Below are positions 42,489 to 51,381 of a stretch of 64,000 nt of DNA, piece by piece; position 1 is the first letter of the stretch; every line of letters begins with the position of its first letter. The translations under genes and the position numbers were made by a program. This DNA is from Anaeromyxobacteraceae bacterium (GTDB taxonomy: Bacteria; Myxococcota; Myxococcia; Myxococcales; Anaeromyxobacteraceae). The notes under the pieces were generated by a model, which did no database searches, was not told the origin of the DNA, and saw only the letters and a list, made by a program, of their open reading frames with translations. The stretch lies in NCBI GenBank assembly GCA_047602405.1, contig JASGHJ010000001.1, forward strand, positions 1,376,001 through 1,440,000. Reading direction: 5' to 3'.

Positions 42489-43277
42489 GTGCTGCGCGTG
42501 ACCCACGTCGGGACGGCCTGCGCGGTCCTCGAGGTCGAGGTGCCGGACACGCCTCCCCTCCGGCTCCTGACCGACCCGGCCTTCGACCCGCCCGGGCGCC
42601 GCTACCACTTCGGCTGGGGTACCTCGTCCACGAAGCTCGAGCGGCCCGCCGTGGACCCCGCCGCGGTCGGCCGGCTCGACGCGGTCCTCCTGTCCCACGA
42701 CCAGCACGCCGACAACCTCGACGACGCCGGCCGCCGGCTCATGGCCGCGGCGCCCTGCGTGGTCACCACCCGCAGTGCCGCCCGCCGCATCGCGGGTGCC
42801 GGACACGCGGGGGTCCGGGGGCTCCGGCCCTGGGAGTCGGTGCAGATCGGCCCCGTCCGGATCACCGCGACGCCCGCGCGGCACGGGCCGCCGCTGTCGC
42901 TGCCGTTCGTGGGGCCGGTGATCGGCTTCGTGCTCGAGTGGACGGGCCAGGAGCGCGGGGCCGTGTACGTCACCGGGGACACCGTGCGGTTCGCCGCCCT
43001 CGCCGAGGTCGGCCGCCGCTTTCGCGTCGGGACGCTGGTCGTGCACATGGGCGGCGTCGGGTTCCCGCTCTACGGGCCCATCCGGTTCACGATGCGGGCC
43101 CGTGACGCCGCGCGGCTGGCGCGCGAGCTCGGCGCCGGGACCATCGTCCCGGTGCACTACGCAGGCTGGAGGCACTTCCTCGAGCCGAGGGCCGAGGCGG
43201 AGCGGGCCTTCGCGGCCGCCGGCTTCGACGAGCGGGTCCGCTGGCTCGAGCCCGGCGTCGCGACGGTCATCGCCTAG
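42489..43277 (+). CDS. MBL-fold metallo-hydrolase
   Basis: LLTDP, LSHDQHADNLD, PARHGP, YVTGDT, VPVHY.GW.HF. Confidence 0.88.
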   Translation: MLRVTHVGTACAVLEVEVPDTPPLRLLTDPAFDPPGRRYHFGWGTSSTKLERPAVDPAAVGRLDAVLLSHDQHADNLDDAGRRLMAAAPCVVTTRSAARRIAGAGHAGVRGLRPWESVQIGPVRITATPARHGPPLSLPFVGPVIGFVLEWTGQERGAVYVTGDTVRFAALAEVGRRFRVGTLVVHMGGVGFPLYGPIRFTMRARDAARLARELGAGTIVPVHYAGWRHFLEPRAEAERAFAAAGFDERVRWLEPGVATVIA

Positions 43278-43280
43278 GTC

Positions 43281-44723
43281 CAATGCCGCTCACTTAAGCC
43301 CTCGGCGTTTCCGGGGGTAGTTGCTCATCTTGATCTTCACGGCCCTCGGGTAGGACCGCAGCCGTCGCTTCGGCAGGATGAAGTGCACGACGTCTTCCCG
43401 GAGGCGGCGGAGGTGCTCCGGGATGCGTCCCGCGCTCTCTAGGGAGAGCGTTAGGAGGGCGTGCTCGATGTACATGAGCGCGTTCTTGAAGCTGACGCGG
43501 TCGGGCGTGACGCCGGCGTCCTCGGCCATGCGCTCCATCTCGAGCCGGACGAGGTTGTACGCGAGGGCGAGGCCCCAGAGCTCCTGGGAGACGCCGCGAG
43601 GAGTCCTGCTGCGCGTCGTCTCCTCGCGGTCGAGCATGACAGTCTTGACCTCGTCGTAGCCGAGCTCGATCTCCCAGCGCTCGTGGTAGAGCGCGACGAT
43701 CTCGGCCGCCGGGTAAACCTCCGGGTCCGTCATCGACGTCAGCAGGGTCTGAGGCTTGAAGCCCTTCCGCTGATAGCGGATCGCCCGCATCTCCCAGCGC
43801 TCGGGGAGGTCAGGGTTCTCTCGGCGGGCGTCCCGGTGGACGGTCTTCTCGACGAGCCAGTCGCCGCGCCCGAGCGAGCGGACTACCTTCCAGGCCGTGT
43901 CGCTCTTCGCGCGGATGAGCCAGTGCCTTCGATGCCCGTGGCTCGCAATGCCGATGAGCAGCGCCGACGAGAGGAAGTTGCGATCCACGATGCACAGCGA
44001 CTCGTCCGGCACGAGCGGCCACAACTCCCTGGCGAGAGCGATCTCGCTGCCCGACTGTGGACCGAAGCGGGCCGCCGCCAGCAGGTGCGAGCGGAGGGCC
44101 ATCAGCGTGACGAGGCGTGCCATCGGATACGCGCTCTCGCCTCGGGAGCTCACGGCGTAGCCGAAATGATCGCGGTTCGCTTCGGAGTCCGGGAGACGGA
44201 CGGTCGTGCCGTCCACGCCGTAGACGGCGAGCCCGCGCCACGCGTGCCGGCGCGCACTCTCGTGCGCCCACTTTTCGGCGCTGCGTTCGAACAGCCAGCG
44301 GATGGGCTCGCTGCCCAGCCGCTCGCGCGCCTGGGTCACCGAACTCGAGGCCGCGCGCGGGCGCCGCCCCGGTAGCGCGAGATCGAGCTCCGCGACGATC
44401 TCGGCGATGGGCTTGTTACGGTAGATGCCCATCCCGAGCACGAGCCAGACGACCTGCTCGGCTGGAAGGCGGCGCCGGCGGATGGTGGCCGTCCCGGTGG
44501 CCTGAAGGGCTTCCTCGATCCATTCGGGATCGAGGCTCGCCTGGAACCTATCCAGCAACTCGCCCGAGCTGTCCTCTTGGGCGGAAACGGGGCGACGCGG
44601 CATGGGATCGCCCTCCGGGCGATCGCCGCATCATGATCTCCTGGATCGCCGCGGCAACTCTGCTGCCCCGGCCTCCAAAATCCCCATCGGTCTCGATCGG
44701 TTGGCGCTAACCGATCGGCATTG
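43281..44723 (-). mobile_element. Complete IS4-family insertion sequence (1443 bp)
   Basis: Imperfect terminal IRs CAATGCCGCTCACTTA / CAATGCCGATCGGTTA. 10-bp direct repeat CGCCTAGGTC at 43271-43280 and 44724-44733. Confidence 0.93.
43290..44603 (-). CDS. IS4-family DDE transposase
   Basis: IRRRRLPAEQVVWLV N-terminal domain, VDGT, DRNF, and the YREK motif LYHERWEIELGYDEVK. Confidence 0.94.
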   Translation of the reverse strand: MPRRPVSAQEDSSGELLDRFQASLDPEWIEEALQATGTATIRRRRLPAEQVVWLVLGMGIYRNKPIAEIVAELDLALPGRRPRAASSSVTQARERLGSEPIRWLFERSAEKWAHESARRHAWRGLAVYGVDGTTVRLPDSEANRDHFGYAVSSRGESAYPMARLVTLMALRSHLLAAARFGPQSGSEIALARELWPLVPDESLCIVDRNFLSSALLIGIASHGHRRHWLIRAKSDTAWKVVRSLGRGDWLVEKTVHRDARRENPDLPERWEMRAIRYQRKGFKPQTLLTSMTDPEVYPAAEIVALYHERWEIELGYDEVKTVMLDREETTRSRTPRGVSQELWGLALAYNLVRLEMERMAEDAGVTPDRVSFKNALMYIEHALLTLSLESAGRIPEHLRRLREDVVHFILPKRRLRSYPRAVKIKMSNYPRKRRGLK

Positions 44724-44869
44724 CGCCTAGGTCCGCGCCGCGGACCTCACGTCCGCCGCGCGGACCCCTGGCCCATCCCCCGGTCGTGTCCGGCACCGAT
44801 GGAAGCACTGGGAGAGAAGGGGCTCGCGCCGGGCGCGCCCCTGGCCCGGACCTTGCTCTACCCCGCCCC

Positions 44870-45547
44870 ATGCCTCGCATGGCGCGCCGCCAGCTCGTGA
44901 CGAAGGGTTCGATCAACCACGCGGTGTGGCAGACCCACAACCTCGAGGCCTTCTTCGACGCGCCCGGCGCCCGCCAGAAGTTCTACGAGCTCCTCCTGAA
45001 GTACAAGGCCGAGCACCGGGTCCGGATCCACTCCTACGTCTTGATGGGCACGCACCCTCACGTCGTCTGCCTGAGCGAGAAGGGCCAGGAGGACTTCTCC
45101 ATGTTCTGGAAGAAGGTCAACCAGGCCTTCGCGAAGTGGTTCAACAAGCAGACGAAGCGGCGCGGACAGGTCGTGATGGAGCGGCTCGAATCCCCGCGCA
45201 TCCAGGACGAGCGCCACGCGCTCGCCGTCATGCGCTACGTCGACAGGAATCCGGTGCAGGCGAAGCTCGTGAAGACGCCCAAGGACTGGAGGTACTCCAG
45301 CCACCGGCACTACGCGTACGGGGAGGCCGACCCGCTCGTCGACGACGCGCCCGCGTACCTCGCGCTCGGCGATCACCCGCTGAAGCGGCGCAGGGCATAC
45401 CTCCACCTCTTCGCGGAGCCGCTCGAGGTGAAGGAGGAAGCTGCCGACGCCGCCTACGTGAAGAAGCCGTTCATCGGCGAGAAGGAATGGGCGGAGCGGA
45501 TGAAGAAGGCCGCGGCCGCGGCGCGCGCGGCGCCCCGACCACCCTGA
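44870..45547 (+). CDS. REP-associated tyrosine transposase (RAYT/TnpA-REP, HUH Y1 family)
   Basis: MPRMAR start, YVLMGTHPHVV (HuH), MRYVDRNPV.A.LV..P.DWRYSS (catalytic Tyr and NP/WSS motif). Confidence 0.88.
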   Translation: MPRMARRQLVTKGSINHAVWQTHNLEAFFDAPGARQKFYELLLKYKAEHRVRIHSYVLMGTHPHVVCLSEKGQEDFSMFWKKVNQAFAKWFNKQTKRRGQVVMERLESPRIQDERHALAVMRYVDRNPVQAKLVKTPKDWRYSSHRHYAYGEADPLVDDAPAYLALGDHPLKRRRAYLHLFAEPLEVKEEAADAAYVKKPFIGEKEWAERMKKAAAAARAAPRPP

Positions 45548-45600
45548 GGCCGATGAAGATCCCGTGGACGCGGCGCGCGTCCTCCTGCACAACTCCCCCC

Positions 45601-46119
45601 GTGTCGCTCTACGTGGTCGACGTCGAGGCGGACGGGCCCATCCCGGGCAAGTACTCCATGGTGTGCTTCGGCGCCGTGCTCGTCGAGCCCGGCCTGGGCC
45701 GCACCTTCTACGGGACGACGCGCCCGATCTCGGACGCGTGGCTGCCCGAGGCGCTCGCGATCTCGGGCATCACGCGGGAGCAGCACCTGACCCACGACGA
45801 GCCCGGCGAGACCATGGCCGCGTTCGCGAAGTGGATCGCGGAGACCACGCGCGGCAAGCCCGTCTTCTTCTCGGACAACCTCGCGTTCGATTGGCAGTAC
45901 GTGAACTGGTACTTCCACACGTACCTCTCCGTGAACCCGTTCGGCTGGAGCGGCAGGCGCATCGGCGATCTCTACTGCGGCATGGTGAAGGACGCCTACG
46001 CGCCGTGGAAGCACCTGCGGAGGTCGGCGCACGATCACCATCCGGTGAACGACGCGCGCGGCAACGCGGAGGCGCTGCTCGCGCTCGTCGACATGGGCCT
46101 GAAGCTGCAGATCCGCTGA
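45601..46119 (+). CDS. DEDD-type 3'-5' exoribonuclease domain protein
   Basis: VVDVEADGPIPG.YSM, DNLAFDWQYVNWYF, HDHHPVNDARGNAEA. Start at 45601 or 45553. Confidence 0.8.
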   Translation: MSLYVVDVEADGPIPGKYSMVCFGAVLVEPGLGRTFYGTTRPISDAWLPEALAISGITREQHLTHDEPGETMAAFAKWIAETTRGKPVFFSDNLAFDWQYVNWYFHTYLSVNPFGWSGRRIGDLYCGMVKDAYAPWKHLRRSAHDHHPVNDARGNAEALLALVDMGLKLQIR

Positions 46120-46125
46120 TCGGCC

Positions 46126-46752
46126 GTGCTCGCGCTCCTCTCGCAGGGGGCCCTCCTCGGGCTCTCGTCGTCCGCCCAGCCGGGCCCGTTCCAGGGCTAC
46201 CTCGTCGCGCGCTCGCTGCACGCCGGCTTCCGGCGAAGCTGGCCCATCGCGATCGTGCCGCTCCTCTCGGATCCTCCGGTGATCGCCGTCCTGCTCCTCG
46301 TCCTCCAGCGGGTGCCGGACACGCTCCTCACCTGGCTCGGGGCGGCCGGGGGCGTCGTCGTGATCTGGCTGGGCGTGGGCGCGCTCCGGCAGGCCCTGCG
46401 CGTGTCCGGCACCCCGCCGGTGTCCGGTACCCCGGGTTCTCCTGGCGAGGAGCCGCGCGGGCTCGTGCGGGCGACGCTCGTGAACCTCACGAACCCGAAC
46501 GCGTGGATGTTCTGGAGCCTCTTGGGGGGCCCGACGCTCACGTCCGCGTGGCGGCGCTCGCCGCTCGAGGCGGTCGCGTTCCTCGCCGGCTTCTACGCGT
46601 GCCTCGTGGGCGGGAACGTGCTCCTCGTGGCGCTCGCGGGTCGCGCCGCGGCGGCCGGCCCTCGCCTCGCCCGCACCCTCGGTCTCGCCTCGGGGGCCGG
46701 GCTCCTCGCCTTCGGCCTCTGGCAGCTCGGCCGAGCCCTGGCGCGCGCCTGA
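46126..46752 (+). CDS. LysE-family translocator
   Basis: G...G.S...QPGP, NLTNPNAWMFW, six hydrophobic segments. Confidence 0.85.
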   Translation: MLALLSQGALLGLSSSAQPGPFQGYLVARSLHAGFRRSWPIAIVPLLSDPPVIAVLLLVLQRVPDTLLTWLGAAGGVVVIWLGVGALRQALRVSGTPPVSGTPGSPGEEPRGLVRATLVNLTNPNAWMFWSLLGGPTLTSAWRRSPLEAVAFLAGFYACLVGGNVLLVALAGRAAAAGPRLARTLGLASGAGLLAFGLWQLGRALARA

Positions 46753-46789
46753 ACCCGGCGGACGCCCCGGGCGTGATAGCTTCCGCCCG

Positions 46790-47584
46790 ATGCAGTCACG
46801 CCTCCGCTCCGTCCTGGCGCTCGCCGCCGCCGCCGCCGTCGGCGGCCTGGGGACCTGGGGCTTCCTCACGCTCTCGCCCGCCCCGCGCCCCGAGGTGCCA
46901 GCCGAGGCGCCCGCGAAGCCGTCGCCGGCCTACCCGGGCGGAAAGCCCATCGACGCCGCGGCCATCCAGTCCGGGACCCTCGCCGTCGAGCGGATGCCGC
47001 CGGAGGTGACCGGCGCGCTCGAGGTCCACGGCGCCGAGCTCGTGAAGGCCGAGAAGGCGCTCGCGACGAAGCAGGCCCGGATCATCGGCCTCTGCGCCCC
47101 CGGCTCCGCGATCCGGGTGGTCGGCGAGGACGGCAGCGTCGTCTGCCAGCGGCTCCCCCGGGGCGTCGCCTCGGTCTCCGCGGTCGGCGCGACGCCGCGG
47201 GTCTCCTCGTCCGGCACGATGCAGGGCACCGTGCCCGGCGCGGTCGGCCGCTACCAGACCTCCGGCGACGACGACTTCCTGGTCGCGCCCATCGCGCTGC
47301 CCGACGGCGCGATCGTGACCGGCCTCAGCTACATGTACTGGGACGTCGACGAGAAGGTGGACGGCGGCGCCTACCTCTACCGGAGCGACGACACCGTCAT
47401 CGCGGGCGTGGCGACGCAGGGCGCGAAGGCGGAGGTCCGGGTGGCCGAGACCGACCGCACCGACGCGACCGCCCGGCGCATCGACAACGCCGGCTTCGCG
47501 TACCACGTCTACATGCAGACGTCGTCGGCCGCCGGCGCGAGCCTCATGCCCATCGCCGTGACCGTCACCTACCGTCTCCCGTAG
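46790..47584 (+). CDS. Exported or membrane-anchored hypothetical protein
   Basis: N-terminal hydrophobic segment, CAPGSAIRVVGEDGSVVC motif, beta-rich C-terminus. Confidence 0.65.
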   Translation: MQSRLRSVLALAAAAAVGGLGTWGFLTLSPAPRPEVPAEAPAKPSPAYPGGKPIDAAAIQSGTLAVERMPPEVTGALEVHGAELVKAEKALATKQARIIGLCAPGSAIRVVGEDGSVVCQRLPRGVASVSAVGATPRVSSSGTMQGTVPGAVGRYQTSGDDDFLVAPIALPDGAIVTGLSYMYWDVDEKVDGGAYLYRSDDTVIAGVATQGAKAEVRVAETDRTDATARRIDNAGFAYHVYMQTSSAAGASLMPIAVTVTYRLP

Positions 47585-47594
47585 GACCGCCCAG

Positions 47595-48743
47595 ATGCCC
47601 GCACGCTCGCTCGGCCGGATCCGCCGGCTCGTCGTGAAGGTCGGCACCGGCACCCTCACCGACCGCACCGGCCGCTTCGATCACGAGAACTGCGCCCGGC
47701 TCGCGAAGGAGCTCGCCGAGGCCGCGAAGGGTCGCACCCTCGTCCTCGTCACGTCGGGGGCGGTCGCCCTGGGCGCCGAGCGGCTCGGGCTCGTCCGGCA
47801 CCGCGGGAAGCCCTGGGACATCCCCACGAAGCAGGCCTGCGCGGCGGTCGGACAGCCCCACCTCATGGCGGCGTGGGGCGACGCGCTCGTCCGGCATGGC
47901 CTCGAGGTCGGCCAGGTGCTGCTCACCGCCGACGACCTCGCCTCGCGCAAGCGCTTCCTCAACGCGCGCCGCACGTTCCAGCGGCTGCACGAGCAGGGGG
48001 TCGTCCCGGTGGTCAACGAGAACGACACCGTCGCGGTCGACGAGATCAAGGTCGGCGACAACGACACGCTCGCCTCCCTCGTCGCCGGCTGCGTCGAGGC
48101 CGACCTCGTCGCGATGCTGACCGACGTCGAGGGGCTCTACGACCGGAACCCCTCCGAGCCCGGCGCGGCGCTGGTGCCGGACATCCCCCGGATCACCGCC
48201 GAGATCGAGCGGATCGCCGGCGGCGCCGGCAGCGAGCGCAGCGTGGGCGGGATGGCCACGAAGGTCCGCGCGGCCCGGCGCCTCTCGGCCCAGGGTGTCA
48301 CGACCGCGCTCCTCTCCGGCCGCCGCGCCGGCGCGCTCGCCGCCCTGCTCGCCGGCGACCGCGTCGGCACCGTCTTCGCCCCGGGCAAGGAGCGCCTCTC
48401 CTCGCGCCAGGGCTGGCTGGCCGCCGCCGCGCGCGGCAAGGGCGTGATCCTCGTCGACGCCGGCGCCCGCCGTGCCCTGACCGAGCAGGGGCGCTCGCTC
48501 CTTCCCTCCGGGGTGAAGGGCGTGGAGGGCCAGTTCGGGGTGGGTGACCCCGTCGACATCGCGGTCGACGCCGACCGGCCCTTCGCGCGCGGCCTCGCGG
48601 GCTACGGCGCGGACGAGGTGCGCCGCATCGCGGGCCTGAAGACGAGCGAGATCGTCCGGGCGCTCGGGTATAAGTACCTGGACGAGGTCGTCCACCGGAA
48701 CGACCTCGTCGTCCTCGACGCGGAGCGGGAAGAGCGGGAATGA
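47595..48743 (+). CDS. proB: Glutamate 5-kinase
   Basis: [39 protein letters not shown]-terminal PUA domain. Confidence 0.96.
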   Translation: MPARSLGRIRRLVVKVGTGTLTDRTGRFDHENCARLAKELAEAAKGRTLVLVTSGAVALGAERLGLVRHRGKPWDIPTKQACAAVGQPHLMAAWGDALVRHGLEVGQVLLTADDLASRKRFLNARRTFQRLHEQGVVPVVNENDTVAVDEIKVGDNDTLASLVAGCVEADLVAMLTDVEGLYDRNPSEPGAALVPDIPRITAEIERIAGGAGSERSVGGMATKVRAARRLSAQGVTTALLSGRRAGALAALLAGDRVGTVFAPGKERLSSRQGWLAAAARGKGVILVDAGARRALTEQGRSLLPSGVKGVEGQFGVGDPVDIAVDADRPFARGLAGYGADEVRRIAGLKTSEIVRALGYKYLDEVVHRNDLVVLDAEREERE

Positions 48744-50122
48744 AGTCGGCAGCCGTCCAGAAGTCGCGGCCCAGGAAGGCGCACGCTCCGGCGGCGACGC
48801 CCGCCCTCGCTCGGCCCGAACCCGCAGGTCCGGCCCCCGCCGCCCCCGGGAAGGCGGGCCTCGCGGCCGAGATGCGCAGCATGGCGCTCGCCGCGCGGGA
48901 GGCGTCGCGCGCGCTCGGCCGGGCCACCACCCGCCAGAAGGACCGCGCGCTCGTCGCCGCCGCGGGGGCCCTTGAGCGGCGCGCGAAGCGGATCCTGGCC
49001 GCGAACGCGAAGGACGTCGCCGCCGCCGTGAAGGCCGGCCGCCCGGAGGCGCTCGTCGACCGCCTCCGCCTCGACGAGGCGCGCCTCGCCGGCATCGCGG
49101 TGGCGCTCCGCGAGATCGCGGCGCTCCCCGACCCGGTGGGCGAGGTCACCCGGAGCTGGACGCGCCCGAACGGCCTCTCGGTGAGGAAGGTCCGCATCCC
49201 GCTCGGCGTCGTCCTCATGGTCTACGAGGCGCGGCCGAACGTGACGGTGGACGCCGCCGCGCTCTGCCTGAAGAGCGGCAACGCCGCCATCCTCCGCCCG
49301 GGCTCCGAGGCGCTGCGCTCGTCGCTCGCGCTCGCCGAGGCGTTCGCCGAGGGGCTCCGCGAGGCCGGACTGCCCGCCGCGGCCGCGCGGGTCGTCCCCA
49401 CCGCCGACCGCGAGGCGACGTTCGAGCTGTTGAAGCTCGACGACCTCATCGACCTCGCCATCCCGCGCGGTGGGCCGTCGCTCATCCGCGCGGTGGCCGA
49501 GCGGTCGCGCGTACCGCTCGTGAAGCACTACCAGGGCGTCTGCCACCTCTTCCTCGACGCCTCCGCCGAGGTCGAGAAGGCGGTCGCCATCGCGGTGAAC
49601 GCGAAGGCCTCGCGGCCCGGCGTGTGCAACGCGCTCGAGTGCCTGCTCGTGCACCGCCGCGCCGCCGCGAAGCTCCTCCCCGAGGTGGGCCGCGCGCTCG
49701 TGAAGGCGGGCGTGCAGCTCCGGGCGGATCCCGCCGCGCTCGAGCTCCTGAAGGCCGCGAAGGTGAAGGCGGTCGCGGCCGGGCCCGACGACTTCGGCAA
49801 GGAGTTCCTCGACCTCGTGCTCGCGGTGCGGGTGGTGCCGGATCTCGACGGCGCCCTCGACCACATCGCGCGGTACGGCTCCCTGCACACCGAGGCGATC
49901 CTCACGCGCGACCTCGCGAACGCCCGCCGCTTCGAGCGGGAGGTGGTCGCGAGCGCGGTCGTGGTGAACGCCTCCACGCGGTTCAACGATGGCGGCGAGC
50001 TCGGGCTCGGCGCCGAGATCGGCATCTCCACCACGAAGCTCCACGCGTTCGGGCCCATGGGGCTCGCCGAGCTCACGGCCCAGAAGTACGTGGTCGAGGG
50101 CGACGGTCAGGTGCGTGGCTAG
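48740..50122 (+). CDS. proA: Gamma-glutamyl phosphate reductase
   Basis: PLGV...[52 protein letters not shown]. Confidence 0.96.
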   Translation: MKSAAVQKSRPRKAHAPAATPALARPEPAGPAPAAPGKAGLAAEMRSMALAAREASRALGRATTRQKDRALVAAAGALERRAKRILAANAKDVAAAVKAGRPEALVDRLRLDEARLAGIAVALREIAALPDPVGEVTRSWTRPNGLSVRKVRIPLGVVLMVYEARPNVTVDAAALCLKSGNAAILRPGSEALRSSLALAEAFAEGLREAGLPAAAARVVPTADREATFELLKLDDLIDLAIPRGGPSLIRAVAERSRVPLVKHYQGVCHLFLDASAEVEKAVAIAVNAKASRPGVCNALECLLVHRRAAAKLLPEVGRALVKAGVQLRADPAALELLKAAKVKAVAAGPDDFGKEFLDLVLAVRVVPDLDGALDHIARYGSLHTEAILTRDLANARRFEREVVASAVVVNASTRFNDGGELGLGAEIGISTTKLHAFGPMGLAELTAQKYVVEGDGQVRG

Positions 50123-50153
50123 ACTCGAATTCACCGAAGGTACCGGGAGACAC

Positions 50154-50723
50154 ATGGCGAAGAAGGCGGTCAAGAAGGCTCCGGCGAGGAAGAAGGCGCA
50201 GCGCGGCGGCAAGAAGGGCCCGGCCCCGAAGGGCAAGAAGGTCCAGGCGCCCGGGAAGAAGGCGCCCCCGCGCGGCGCGAAGCCGGCGCGCAAGGGGCCG
50301 CCCGCGAAGGCGCCCCGCATCGGCAAGGAGGCCTCGCTCGCCGTGCCGGCCGCGCCGCCGCCGAAGCGGCCGCCGAACGACGAGGCGCACGCGACCGCGC
50401 TCGCGATCGCGAACGCCGGCCTCGACAAGAAGGCCGAGGACGTCGTGCTCCTCGACGTGCGCGGCCTCACCGGCTACGCTGACTACTTCGTGATCATGAC
50501 GGCCGACTCCGATCGCCAGGCCTCCGCGATTGCCGACCACCTCGACGAGAAGATGAAGGACGCCGGCGTCACGAAGGTCGGCTCGGAGGGCTACGAGACC
50601 GGCCGCTGGATCCTCGTCGACTACGGCGACGTCGTCGCCCACGTGATGAGCCGCGACTCGCGCGAGCTCTACGACCTCGAGGGGCTCTGGGCGGACGCCC
50701 CGCGGACGAAGCTCGAGGGCTAG
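50154..50723 (+). CDS. rsfS: Ribosome silencing factor with Lys/Ala/Pro-rich N-terminal extension
   Basis: DKKAEDV..LDV, ADYFVI, WILVDYGDVVAHV...R..YDLEGLW. Confidence 0.92.
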   Translation: MAKKAVKKAPARKKAQRGGKKGPAPKGKKVQAPGKKAPPRGAKPARKGPPAKAPRIGKEASLAVPAAPPPKRPPNDEAHATALAIANAGLDKKAEDVVLLDVRGLTGYADYFVIMTADSDRQASAIADHLDEKMKDAGVTKVGSEGYETGRWILVDYGDVVAHVMSRDSRELYDLEGLWADAPRTKLEG

Positions 50724-50735
50724 CGCCCCGCCGCG

Positions 50736-51350
50736 ATGCCCGTCCGGCACCGCGATCGCGGCGAGAGGCTCGACCACTTCGTCGCCGGTGACGTGGGCGA
50801 CGAGGTCCTCGTCCGGTGTCCGGGCTGCGGCGGCCGCGCGGTCGCCCGCCCGGACCCGCGGGGCGCAGGCGGCGCGACCCTGACGTGCGCCGCGTGCGGG
50901 CTCGCCCGCCGCCGCGCGGAGCCGGAGGCCGCGCCCCGGGACCGCCGCTGCCCGCGCTGCGAGCGCTGGATCCCGGCCTCCGCGTGGGCGCCCGCCGGCG
51001 ACGGGCGCCGCCACGACGCGCGGTGCCCGCGCTGCGGCAACGTGGTCCGCGCCGCGATCGAGGCGTGGTCCACGCTGACCGGCGCCCCCGTCGACCCGTG
51101 GTTCCGGGAGCCGCTCTGGCTGCAGGCGCCCTGCGCGGGCGAGCTCCTCTGGGCCTACAACCGCCGCCACCTCGAGCACCTGGCTGCGATTGTCGGCGCC
51201 ACGCTCCGCGAGCGCCCGGGCCGCCCGGGCGGGAACGCGAGCATGCTCTCCCGCCTGCCCCGCTGGATGAAGGCCGCGAAGCACCGCGAGGAGGTCCTGC
51301 GGGCCATCGCGGCGCTCCGACGGCGCTGGCCCCTGAGTCCGGCCCGCTGA
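50736..51350 (+). CDS. Multi-CxxC zinc-ribbon hypothetical protein
   Basis: CPGC, CAAC, CPRC, CPRC, then DPWF..PLWLQ..C...LWAYN..HL...LP.WMK.AK.R. Confidence 0.72.
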   Translation: MPVRHRDRGERLDHFVAGDVGDEVLVRCPGCGGRAVARPDPRGAGGATLTCAACGLARRRAEPEAAPRDRRCPRCERWIPASAWAPAGDGRRHDARCPRCGNVVRAAIEAWSTLTGAPVDPWFREPLWLQAPCAGELLWAYNRRHLEHLAAIVGATLRERPGRPGGNASMLSRLPRWMKAAKHREEVLRAIAALRRRWPLSPAR

Positions 51351-51381
51351 AGCCACGGTGCCTGCCCGCTAGAACCCCGGC

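Noticed and set aside
44870..45547. IS200/IS605 element around the Y1 transposase
   Set aside because: No tnpB and no clear subterminal hairpin ends. The MPR start and NP...WSS motif fit RAYT better than IS200 TnpA.
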